Positions 52,272 through 60,963 of a stretch of 64,000 nt of DNA are shown here, in pieces; position 1 is the stretch's first letter; every line of letters begins with the position of its first letter. The notes below the pieces were generated by a model that ran no database searches, was not told the origin of the DNA, and saw nothing but the letters and a program-made list of their open reading frames with translations. Both the position numbers and the translations under genes were made by a program. Source of the DNA: an uncultured Actinomycetota bacterium (GTDB taxonomy: Bacteria; Actinomycetota; Actinomycetes; Prado026); assembly GCA_963771835.1 (NCBI GenBank), contig CAVYVA010000001.1:23172-87171 (forward strand), written 5' to 3'.

Positions 52272-54060
52272 TCAACGCACCGGACGCAGCCGCCTGCGGT
52301 CGGTGCCGGGCGGGGCCGGCGACTGGGCGGCCCGCAGGTCGGCGAAGCGGTCCCGGTGCGCGCCCGGCCCCGTGCGCGGGCGAGCACCACGAGCCGTCCA
52401 TCTGCACCAGGCGAACCGCGGGGTGCTCGAGCCAGCGCAGCACGCACTCCATCTCCTCGGCGTACGCGTTCGGGGTCGGCCCGAGCCCGGCCGCGACCCG
52501 TTCCGCCGTGGCCACCAGCGCGTCGACGGCCGGGCGCGGCGGCACACCGGGCGGGACGGCGTCGGTCCCCGCCAGCCGTCCGTACCGGACCACGACCACC
52601 TCCCAGCCGCCGGCAGGCGTCGGTCGGGCGGCGACCAGCTCGGGGATCCGCGCGAGCGCGGCGAAGCGCTGCATCCGGGCCGCGGTGAGGACCAGGGCGC
52701 CGAGCCGGTCCCGGTGTGCGGCGGCGTCCTCGAACCGCTGTGCCTGCGCGAGCCGAAGGATCCGTGCCTCCAGCCGCGCCACGACCGGGCGGCAGTCGCC
52801 GGCGAAGACCGCGCGAGCGGCGCCGACGTGCACCGCGTAGTCGGCGCCGCTCTCGCGACCCTCGCACGGCGCCCCGCAGCGACCCATCCCGAAGAGGGCG
52901 CACGCCGACCCGGCCGGGTGCAGCGGGAGCCGGCCGCTGCACTGCCGCAGCGGGACGGCCTCGTGCAGTGCGGTCACCGCCGCCTCGGCGGACCGCCGCG
53001 ACCGGAACGGACCCAGGTAGTCGGCCCCGTCGTCCTTGACGGCGCGCACCAGCGAGAGCCGCGGGAACGGCTCGACGGTGAGCTTGACCCAGAGCACGCG
53101 CTCGGGGAACCGCGAGCGGCGGTTGTACCGGGGCCGGTGCTCGGCGATCAGCCGCAGCTCGCGGACCTCCGCCTCCAGCAGCGTCGGGCACGGGACCGGG
53201 CGGACCCGCTCCGCCAGCCGCACCATCTCCGCCATCCGCGTGCGCATCTCGCTGGCGGTGAAGTACGAGCGCACCCGTGCCTTGATGTCCTTGGACCGCC
53301 CCACGTACAGCACGCGCCCGCGCGGGTCCTCGAACAGGTAGACCCCGGGCCCGCGCGGCAGGCCCTCGGCCAGGTGCCGCTTGCGCCGCTGCTCGGGCGA
53401 GACCCGCGAGGAGTACGTCCCCAGCTCCTCGAGCGTGTCGACGCCCTGGGTGCCGACCCGCTCGATCAGCCCGTGCAGGACGTCCACGGTGGCCTTCGCG
53501 TCGTCCAGCGCGCGGTGCGTCGGCTGAGTGGTCGCCCGGAACAGCCGGGCGAGCGTCGAGAGCTTGCAGTCGGGCGCCTCGTCGCGCAGCAGCACCTGCC
53601 GGGCCAGGCGGGCGGTGTCGAGCACGCCGAACGGCGGCCACGCCCGGCCCTGTCGCTCGGCGGCCGCCCGGAGGAAGCCGACGTCGAACGGCGCGTTGTG
53701 CGCGACGAGCACGGCTCCCTGCGCGAACTCCAGGAACGCCGGCAGCATCGCGGCCACCGTGGGGCTGGCCGCGACCATCCCGTCGGTGATGCCGGTCAGG
53801 ACCTGGATGAACGGCGGGATCGACGTCCCCGGGTTGACCAACGAGTGGAACTCGCCCTCGACCACCCCGCCGCGGACCTTGACCGCCCCGATCTCGGTGA
53901 TCCCGCAGTCGGCGGGGGAGCCGCCCGTGGTCTCCAGGTCGACGACCACGAACAGCACCTCGCGCAACGGGGTGCCCAGCTCGTCGAAGGTGCCCTGCCG
54001 GGACCGCCATCCGCCGGGGCCCGCGCCCGGCCCCGCTGCGGCGGTCGGATCGGCGGTCAC
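52272..54060 (-). CDS. DEDD 3'-5' exonuclease / GIY-YIG UvrC-like fusion (Rv2191 type), frameshift at ~52365
   Basis: VVDLETTG, AHNAPFD, HRALDDA; GVYLF..LYVGRS..RVRSYF; UvrB/C-like QRFEDAA; natural C-terminus in another frame ending at 52272. Confidence 0.92.
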
Positions 54061-54067
54061 GGCTGCG

Positions 54068-54089
54068 ACGGTAGGCACGTCCACCGACA
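54068..54089 (-). promoter_or_regulatory. PafBC-dependent (RecA-NDp) DNA-damage promoter, leaderless
   Basis: Minus strand TGTCGG-TGGACGTGCC-TA-CCG-T, exact TGTCGG-N10-TA-N3-T, 7 nt before GTG 54060. Confidence 0.8.
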
Positions 54090-54167
54090 GCACCCGGCAG
54101 GCGCACCGGGCGGGCGCCGGCGGGACCGCCTAGCCTGGTGGACCGGACCCGACCGCCGGAGGACCGC

Positions 54168-54422
54168 GTGCCAGTACTGCCGCCCGACCCGAGCTCGCGC
54201 TGGCGCTGCACCAGCTGCGGGAACCTGACCCGGTTCGACGTCCGGCGCACCCGGCAGACGGCCGAGTACTGGCACCTCGACCTGGCCGGCGAGGTGTCCG
54301 TCGCGGAGACCGAGGTGCTCGCCGAGACGCTGGAGCAGGTGCGCTGCCGCTGGTGCGGCGCGATCGACGCCGTGGAGCTCGTGCCGCGCCCTGCCGGATC
54401 CGAGGACCCGGCCCCCCGTTGA
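54168..54422 (+). CDS. Small CxxC/CxxC zinc-binding protein
   Basis: GGAGG RBS; WRCTSCGNLTRFDV..CRWC. Confidence 0.85.
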   Translation: MPVLPPDPSSRWRCTSCGNLTRFDVRRTRQTAEYWHLDLAGEVSVAETEVLAETLEQVRCRWCGAIDAVELVPRPAGSEDPAPR

Positions 54423-55787
54423 CCGGGCTGCCGGCGGGAGCCGGCGAGCCGGTAAGGCTGCCGCCCGCGGTGCGCCAGCGGGTCGTCGCCTGGGCGGCCG
54501 ATGCGCTCGGCCGGCTGCCCGCCGACCAGGTCCCGACCCCGTTGCGCGCGGTGTCCAGGTTCGCCCCGGTCCGGCGCGCCAAGGCCGGGGCCAGCGCGCT
54601 CGCAGCCGCGCTGGAGTCCGACCCCGCGTTCCGGCAGCGGGTGGCCGCGGGCGTGCGGCAGGCGCTCCCCGAGCTCGTCGGCGCACTCGACGCGGGGACG
54701 GCGCCGGCGGCGGCCGACCCGGTGGACGTCGCCGCCGTCGCCTACCTGGTCCGTCCGGACGGCTGGGCGGCGGTCCTCGCCGCCGCCGGGCAGGACCTGG
54801 ACGACGCCGGTCGCGCGGCCGAGCTGGACGCGCTGGAGGCCGACCGGGCCCGGCTGGCCCAGGAGCTGGCCGCAGCCCGCGCCGACGCCACCCGCGCGGG
54901 CGCCGCGGCGCAGGAGCAGTCCGACCGGCTGAAGGCCGAGCTCGCCGAGGCCCGGCGGCGCTCCCGCGAGCTGGATGCCGAGCTCGGCCGGTCCCGTGCC
55001 GCCGTCGACGCGATGCAACGGGCCGCCAGGCAGGCCGGCGAGGCCGCCGTGGCGCAGGACACCGCGGCGGGAGCCGAGCTGAGGCGGCTGCGGGCGCGCG
55101 TCGGCGAGCTCGAGTCCTCCCTCGAGGGGGTGCGGCGGACGGCCAGGGAGGGCCGCAGCAACGACGACGTCCGGCTGCGGCTCCTGCTGGACACGCTGCT
55201 CGGCGCGGCCCAGGGTCTGCGGCAGGAGCTCGCGCTGCCGCCGGCGCCCACCGGGTCGGCGGCAGCACTGCCGGCCGACTCGGTCGCGGCCGACGCCCGC
55301 GCCGGCGGGCTCGCGGTGACCGGCGGGGTGGCCGGGGTGGGGGACGTGGCGGCCCGGGCGCTGGCCGCGGACGACCCGGCCGTGCTCGAGCAGCTGCTGG
55401 CGCTGCCCCGGGTGCACCTGGTCGTGGACGGCTACAACGTCACGAAGAGCGGGTACGGGACATTGCCGCTGGAGCAGCAGCGCACCCGGCTGCTGTCCGG
55501 CCTGGCGGCGCTCGCGGCCCGGACGCGGGCCGAGGTGACGTGCGTGTTCGACGGCACCACCCTCGGGGTTCCGGTGCTGACCGCGCCGCCGCGCGGCGTC
55601 CGGGTGCTGTTCAGCGTCGAGGGCCAGACGGCGGACGAGCTCATCGACAGGCTGGTGCGCGCGGAGCCGCCCGGCCGCGCGGTGGTGGTGGTCTCGACCG
55701 ACCGGGAGGTGGCCGACCGGGCGGCCGGGGCCGGGGCGCGGGCCGTCCCCGTCGGCCGCGCTGCTGCGCCGCCTCGACCGGGCCTGA
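54419..55787 (+). CDS. NYN (YacP-like) RNase domain protein with coiled coil; probable terminal frameshift at ~55748
   Basis: VVDGYNV, VFDG, TADELI, VVSTDREV; removing one C gives ..VPSAALLRRLDRA* ending at 55787 (as written the frame runs to 55840). Confidence 0.88.
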
Positions 55788-55893
55788 GCGGTTGCGCCCC
55801 GGTCTCCGGTCGCCGCCCGACTGTCGGACCCCGCTCCTAACCTGCCGGGCAACAGGTCGGAACAGGGTCGGGAACGGGAACAGGGAGGCTCCG

Positions 55894-56169
55894 GTGCTCA
55901 TCGACTGCGACGGCTGCGAGGTCCGGGGGCTCGCCTGCGGCGACTGCGTCGTCACCGTGCTGCTGGGGGCCCCGCCCGAGGGCGTCGTCCTCGATGACGA
56001 AGAGCGCCGTGCCCTCGAGGTCCTGGCCGGCTCGGGCCTGGTCCCGCCACTGCGCCTGGTGGACGGTGCCTCTGCGCCGCTCAGCGACCGCATGGTCGCT
56101 GAGCGTCACGAAGCCCCCGGTGAGAGGCCCGACGGGCGACACGCGGGGCTGCGGAGGTTCGTGGGTTGA
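55894..56169 (+). CDS. Small Cys-rich conserved protein
   Basis: GGAGG RBS; IDCDGC..ACGDCVVTVLL..GLVPPLRL. Confidence 0.82.
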   Translation: MLIDCDGCEVRGLACGDCVVTVLLGAPPEGVVLDDEERRALEVLAGSGLVPPLRLVDGASAPLSDRMVAERHEAPGERPDGRHAGLRRFVG

Positions 56170-56250
56170 ATTGATCCGCCGTGACCGGTTCGTTAGGGTG
56201 CACGACCAGGTACAGGCAGAAACGTCGTCCATACGGGTCGGCGGCCGGTA

Positions 56251-56421
56251 CCTCCGCTGAGTTCAGGATGGCGTCGGTCGGGCCGGTTCAGGTCTGGTCG
56301 GGGGTGTCCTGGAGCCGGGGACCCAGGTTCCTGGGGTGAATCCGACCGGGTGCGTGCTGCCTGGTTGGTAGGGCGTTCTTCCCCGCCCGAACCCGACAGC
56401 TAACCCGGTAGGCGGCCGAGG
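56251..56421 (+). ncRNA. Cyclic di-AMP (ydaO/yuaA) riboswitch
   Basis: CCGCTGA..GGAGCCGGGGACCCA..TGGGGTGAATC..GGTAGGG..CCCGAACCCGACAGCTAACCCGGTAGGCGG upstream of an NlpC/P60 gene. Confidence 0.9.
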
Positions 56422-56441
56422 AAGTGAGGAGTGCCGCCTCA

Positions 56442-57485
56442 GTGGCGTCCACCCGAGCTGGTTCCCGTCTTGTGCGGGTGTTGTTGGTGTCTGTGGTGGT
56501 AGCTGGTCTGGGTGCGGTGCTGGTGCCGCAGTCGGGGTCGGCGGCGCCGCGGCCGACGTTGGATCAGGTGCGGGCGCAGCTGGCTGCGCTGGGTGCGCAG
56601 GGTGAGGTGGCGCAGGAGCAGCTGAACCAGACGCGGGTGGCGTTGGCTGCCGGGCAACGGGTGCTGACCCAGGTGAACGCGCGGGTGGCCCGTTCGCAGG
56701 CGCTGGTGGATGCGGCGCAGGCGCAGGTCGGGGTGCTGGCGTCGGCGGCGTACCGCTCGGGCGGGGTGGACCAGACGTTGGAGCTGTTGCTGGCGGACAA
56801 CCCGACGCAGTTCCTGGAGCAGATGACGGCGCTGGACCAGGTGTCGAGCCGGCAGACGCAGGTGCTGCGGGCGGCGGCGGTGGCCCAGCAGCGGTTGGCG
56901 CAGGACAAGCTGGCGGCGGCGCAGCAGGTGAAGCAGTTGCGCAAGCTGTATGCGGCCGCGACAGCGCAGGCGAAGGCCGTGCAGGCGGCGCAGGACAAGC
57001 TGAGCGCCTTGCTGGCGTCGTTGACCGCCGCGCAGCAGGCCGCGCTGCGGGCCAGCGCCCGCGCGGCAGCGATGGCGCGCGCGTCCAGCCACACCTCGCG
57101 CAGCCACATCCGTTACGGCGGTGGGTCGTACAGCGGCAGCATCGGCGGACGGGTCGTCGCCTACGCGATGTCCAAGGTCGGCGACAGCTACTCGTGGGGC
57201 GCCACCGGGCCGAACTCGTTCGACTGCTCCGGCCTGACGATGCGCGCCTACGCGCAGGCGGGCATCTCGCTGCCGCACTCGTCCAGCGCCCAGTTCGGGT
57301 CGGGCCGGCACATCTCCCGCGGCAGCCTGCAGCCCGGCGACCTGGTCTTCTTCTACAGCCCGATCCACCACGTCGGCATCTACATCGGCGGCGGGATGAT
57401 CGTGCACGCGGCCAACCCCGGCGAGGGCGTCACCACCGCCCCGCTGGACTCCATGCCGTACTCCGGCGCGGTCCGCCCCTACTGA
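56442..57485 (+). CDS. Secreted coiled-coil NlpC/P60 (C40) peptidoglycan endopeptidase
   Basis: Signal peptide, coiled coil, YSWGATGP..FDCSGL, HVGIY, HA; start 56424 or 56442. Confidence 0.93.
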   Translation: MASTRAGSRLVRVLLVSVVVAGLGAVLVPQSGSAAPRPTLDQVRAQLAALGAQGEVAQEQLNQTRVALAAGQRVLTQVNARVARSQALVDAAQAQVGVLASAAYRSGGVDQTLELLLADNPTQFLEQMTALDQVSSRQTQVLRAAAVAQQRLAQDKLAAAQQVKQLRKLYAAATAQAKAVQAAQDKLSALLASLTAAQQAALRASARAAAMARASSHTSRSHIRYGGGSYSGSIGGRVVAYAMSKVGDSYSWGATGPNSFDCSGLTMRAYAQAGISLPHSSSAQFGSGRHISRGSLQPGDLVFFYSPIHHVGIYIGGGMIVHAANPGEGVTTAPLDSMPYSGAVRPY

Positions 57486-57550
57486 CCGCCCACGCCGTCA
57501 GCGCGGCCGGCTCGCCCGGCTGCACCGTTCCGCCCGCCTAGGATCGACCG

Positions 57551-58755
57551 GTGCCAGCCGTGCGCCCGATCCTCGTGACGCTCGCACTCGTGCTGGTCCT
57601 GACCGGCTGCCGGGCGGCGCAGCCCTCGCCATCCGGCGTGGCGCGCCGGCGCCGCGACCAGGACTGCAGCGGTCCGGCTGCTCGCGACCCGTGCGGCCGC
57701 CGTGCTCGCCGATGACCGGGCAGCCCTGGCATCGACCCTGGCCGCCCACCCGGACGTGGGCGCAGCGGCCCTCGGGCAGTCGGCCTCGACGCTTCCGTTC
57801 GCCACGTTCTCCTACCGGATCCAGGCGGCCACGCCCGGGCCGGCAGCGGGCGAGCTCACCGTCCGGGCGCTGCTGTCCTACCGGCTGGCCGCCGATCCCC
57901 ACGACCTCCCGGCGGCTACCGCGCTGCGTCTTCTGCGGCTCGTCCCGGACCCCGCTCACGCCGGGCGCGTTGCTGGTGCGGTCCGAGCAGCCGGTCGGCG
58001 CCTGGCTGCCGTGGGACGCCGGAGCCGTCGGCTGGACCCCAGGCAGCGGCTCCGCCGTCCTCGACGTGCGTCGCGGCGCCCACGACGACAGCTCGCTCCT
58101 GGCCGGCGCGAGCCGCGCGGCGACCGCCGTGACGGCCGTCTGGGGGACCGGCTGGCGACGCGTGCCCGTGCTCGTCGCCACGGACGGCGGGGTGCAGCTG
58201 GCGCACCTGACCGGTCGCGACCCGGCGTCGGTGTCCGGGCTGGTGGCGGTGACCACGCCCGACCGGGTGTACGTCGATGTTCCCGCCTGGCTCGCTCTCA
58301 CGGCGGCCGGACGCCAGGTGCTGCTCAGCCACGAGGTCACCCACCTGGCGACCGGTGCGGCTGCCGACCCGGATGTCCCGCTGTGGCTCGAGGAGGGTTT
58401 CGCGGACTACGTGGGGTTCCGTGGCTCGGGGATCCCCGAACGCACCGCGGCCGCGGCTCTGCTCGGTCCGGTCGCAGCAGGGGCCGCCGTGCCGGCCACC
58501 CTCCCGTCCGACCCTGCCTTCGCGGCCGGCGGCTCGGTCGCGGACCGCGCCTACGCGGGCGCCTGGCTCGCCTGCCGGCTCATCGCGGCCGCGGTCGGCC
58601 CGAGTGGTCTCGTCGCGGTCTACCGGACCACCGCGACCGGGCACGCGGGCCCGGCGGCGAACGTGGACGCGGCTCTGCGGGCCGTCACCGGGCAGGGCAC
58701 CACTGTCTGGACGGCACGCTGGCGCACCTCGCTCGCCGCGACGGCGGCCTCGTGA
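57551..58755 (+). CDS. Lipoprotein with gluzincin-like peptidase domain (Rv2189c-like), two frameshifts (~57645, ~57940)
   Basis: LVLVLTGC lipobox in one frame, middle part in a second, HEVTH..LWLEEGFADYV in a third. Confidence 0.75.
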
Positions 58756-59951
58756 GCGCCGCCGCCGGCTCGCAGCCGGGGACGCGCACGCTGATCGTCA
58801 CCAACGACTTCCCGCCCCGGACCGGCGGCATCCAGACCTTCGTGGGCGAGCTGGCCCGGCGCCGGCCGCCGGAATCCGTCGTGGTCTTCACCAGCGCGTG
58901 GCCGGGGGCGCGCGCGTTCGACCGCTCGCTGGACTTCCCGGTGCTGCGGCACCGCGCGTCGGTGATGCTGCCGACCCCGACCGTGGCCAGGCACGCCGAG
59001 GAGCTGCTGGACGCCTACGGCTGCAGCTCGGTGCTGTTCGGGGCCGCCGCGCCGCTCGGCATCCTCGGGCCCCGGCTGCGTCGCGCCGGCGCGCAGCGGC
59101 TCGTCGCGCTCACGCACGGGCACGAGGCCGGCTGGGCCGGGATGCCTGGCGGCTCGCCGCTGCTGCGCCGCATCGGCGACGGGGTCGACGTGGTGACCTA
59201 CCTCGGCGAGTACACCCGGGACCGGATCGCCCGGGCGCTGTCGCCGGCCGCCGCGGCGCGGATGGCCCGGCTCGCCCCCGGGGTCGACGCGCAGACCTTC
59301 TCCCCGGAGAACGACGGCAGCGCGGTGCGGGAGCGGTACCGGCTCGGCGACCGTCCGGTGGTCGTCTGCGTGTCCCGGCTGATGCCGCGCAAAGGGCAGG
59401 ACACCCTGGTGTCGGCCATGCCGGCGATCCGCAGCCGGGTGCCCGGCGCCGTGCTGCTGCTGGTGGGCGGCGGCCCGTACCGGGACCGGATCGAGCGGCT
59501 GGTGCGGCGCACCGGGGTGTCCGACCACGTGGTCCTGGCCGGCGCGGTCCCCGACGGCGAGCTGCCCGCGCACTACGCGGCCGGGGATGTCTTCGCGATG
59601 CCGTGCCGGACGCGCAACCGCGGCCTGGACGTGGAGGGGCTGGGAATCGTCTACCTGGAGGCGTCGGCCAGCGGCCTGCCGGTCGTGGCCGGCGACTCCG
59701 GCGGGGCTCCGGACGCGGTGCTGCCGGGCGAGACCGGCTACGTCGTCCCCGGCCGGGATGTGGCCGAGGTCGCCGACCGCGTCAGCGAGCTGCTCCTGGA
59801 CCCGGACCGGGCCACGGCGATGGGGGCGCGTGGCCGCGCGTGGGTGGAGCAGGAGTGGGGCTGGGACTCGGCGGCGGCCAGTCTGGACGGGCTGCTGACC
59901 GTCGGCGCGGGCGCTGCGGGAGCCGGGTCAGCGGGTGGTCTGCGGGACTGA
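58752..59951 (+). CDS. GT4 glycosyltransferase (PimB'/Rv2188c-like mannosyltransferase)
   Basis: VTNDFPPRTGGIQ, THGHE, RLMPRKGQD, EGLGIVYLEA. Confidence 0.92.
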   Translation: MSAAAGSQPGTRTLIVTNDFPPRTGGIQTFVGELARRRPPESVVVFTSAWPGARAFDRSLDFPVLRHRASVMLPTPTVARHAEELLDAYGCSSVLFGAAAPLGILGPRLRRAGAQRLVALTHGHEAGWAGMPGGSPLLRRIGDGVDVVTYLGEYTRDRIARALSPAAAARMARLAPGVDAQTFSPENDGSAVRERYRLGDRPVVVCVSRLMPRKGQDTLVSAMPAIRSRVPGAVLLLVGGGPYRDRIERLVRRTGVSDHVVLAGAVPDGELPAHYAAGDVFAMPCRTRNRGLDVEGLGIVYLEASASGLPVVAGDSGGAPDAVLPGETGYVVPGRDVAEVADRVSELLLDPDRATAMGARGRAWVEQEWGWDSAAASLDGLLTVGAGAAGAGSAGGLRD

Positions 59952-60143
59952 GCAGGACGACTGCGTCGCCGGCGCGGAGCCGGCGGCGCCGCAGGCGGGC
60001 CGCAGCGCGCTGTGCAGGTAGCTGCCGAAGGCGAAGGCGACCAGGGCGACGACGGTGGCGATCGCGGCCAGCAGCAGCGAGTACTCGACGGTCGAGGCAC
60101 CGCGCCTGCGACCGCGCGTCTCCTGACGCATCTGGTCGAGCAT
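59928..60143 (-). CDS. Flp family type IVb pilin
   Basis: AGGAGG RBS; basic leader, G|ASTVEY prepilin motif, hydrophobic helix, terminal Cys pair. Confidence 0.8.
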   Translation of the reverse strand: MLDQMRQETRGRRRGASTVEYSLLLAAIATVVALVAFAFGSYLHSALRPACGAAGSAPATQSSCSVPQTTR

Positions 60144-60273
60144 CGGACGTCCTCCTGAAGGCCCCTGCGGACCCCCCGCGGTCCAGGGCCCGTGGGCTCA
60201 GCCTGCCCGGCCCCGCCCGCAGGCGGATCGACCGCGCGGATACACCCGTTCGGCCGAACGGACGATCCGGGGA

Positions 60274-60963
60274 TCAGCCCCCCGGGAGCCCGGGCAGACG
60301 TGCCGCCGCCCGGCTCAGACGGTCGGCTGCGGGTCCGTCCTGCTTGATCAGACCCAGGCGCAGGGCCGACATGATCGCCTGGGCCCGGTTGGCCGCCCCG
60401 AGCTTCTCGTACAGCTTCGAGATGTGCGTCTTGGCCGTCGACTCGCTGATGTACAGGCGACGCGAGATGGCGGCCACGCCCAGGCCGTCGGCCAGCAGCG
60501 CGAGCACCTCCTTCTCCCGCGGCGACAGCTGCGGTCCGGACGGTGTCATGCGGCGCTTCATCGCCTCGGCGAGGTCCCGGGCCGTGAACGTCCCCGGGGT
60601 CGACGCCGCCTGCCTGGCGGCGGCCAGCACCTCGTCGGTGGGGGCGTCCTTCTGGATGTACGCGGAGGCGCCGGCGTCCAGGGCGCCGAACAGCTGCTCG
60701 TCGCCGGCGTACATGGTCAGGACCACGATGCCGATGTCGGCCCGCCGCTTGCGGACCTCCCGGACGAGCTCGAGCCCGCTGCCGTCCGGCAGCCGGACGT
60801 CGACCACGACGACCTGGGGCACCAGGGCCTCGAGCTTGCGGAAGGCCTCGGCGATGCTGCCGGCCTCACCCACGACCTCGAAGTCCGCGGAGCGTTCGAA
60901 CGCGCGCCGCAGTCCCTGGCGGATCAGCTCGTGGTCGTCAACGAGCAGCACCGTCGTGGACAC
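60274..60963 (-). CDS. NarL/LuxR-family response regulator
   Basis: LVDDH, DVRLP, LSPREKEVL..TAKTHISKLYEKLGA.NR. Confidence 0.95.
   Translation of the reverse strand: MSTTVLLVDDHELIRQGLRRAFERSADFEVVGEAGSIAEAFRKLEALVPQVVVVDVRLPDGSGLELVREVRKRRADIGIVVLTMYAGDEQLFGALDAGASAYIQKDAPTDEVLAAARQAASTPGTFTARDLAEAMKRRMTPSGPQLSPREKEVLALLADGLGVAAISRRLYISESTAKTHISKLYEKLGAANRAQAIMSALRLGLIKQDGPAADRLSRAAARLPGLPGG

Noticed and set aside
51799-54093. 764-aa nuclease ORF running through the Lrp gene
   Set aside because: The tail is off-frame Arg/Gly-rich text; the natural end is at 52272 after a frameshift, and the true start follows the promoter at 54060
57702-59951. 749-aa ORF joining a lipoprotein fragment to the glycosyltransferase
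   Set aside because: Frameshift artefact; the GT4 gene has its own GTG at 58752 overlapping the upstream stop
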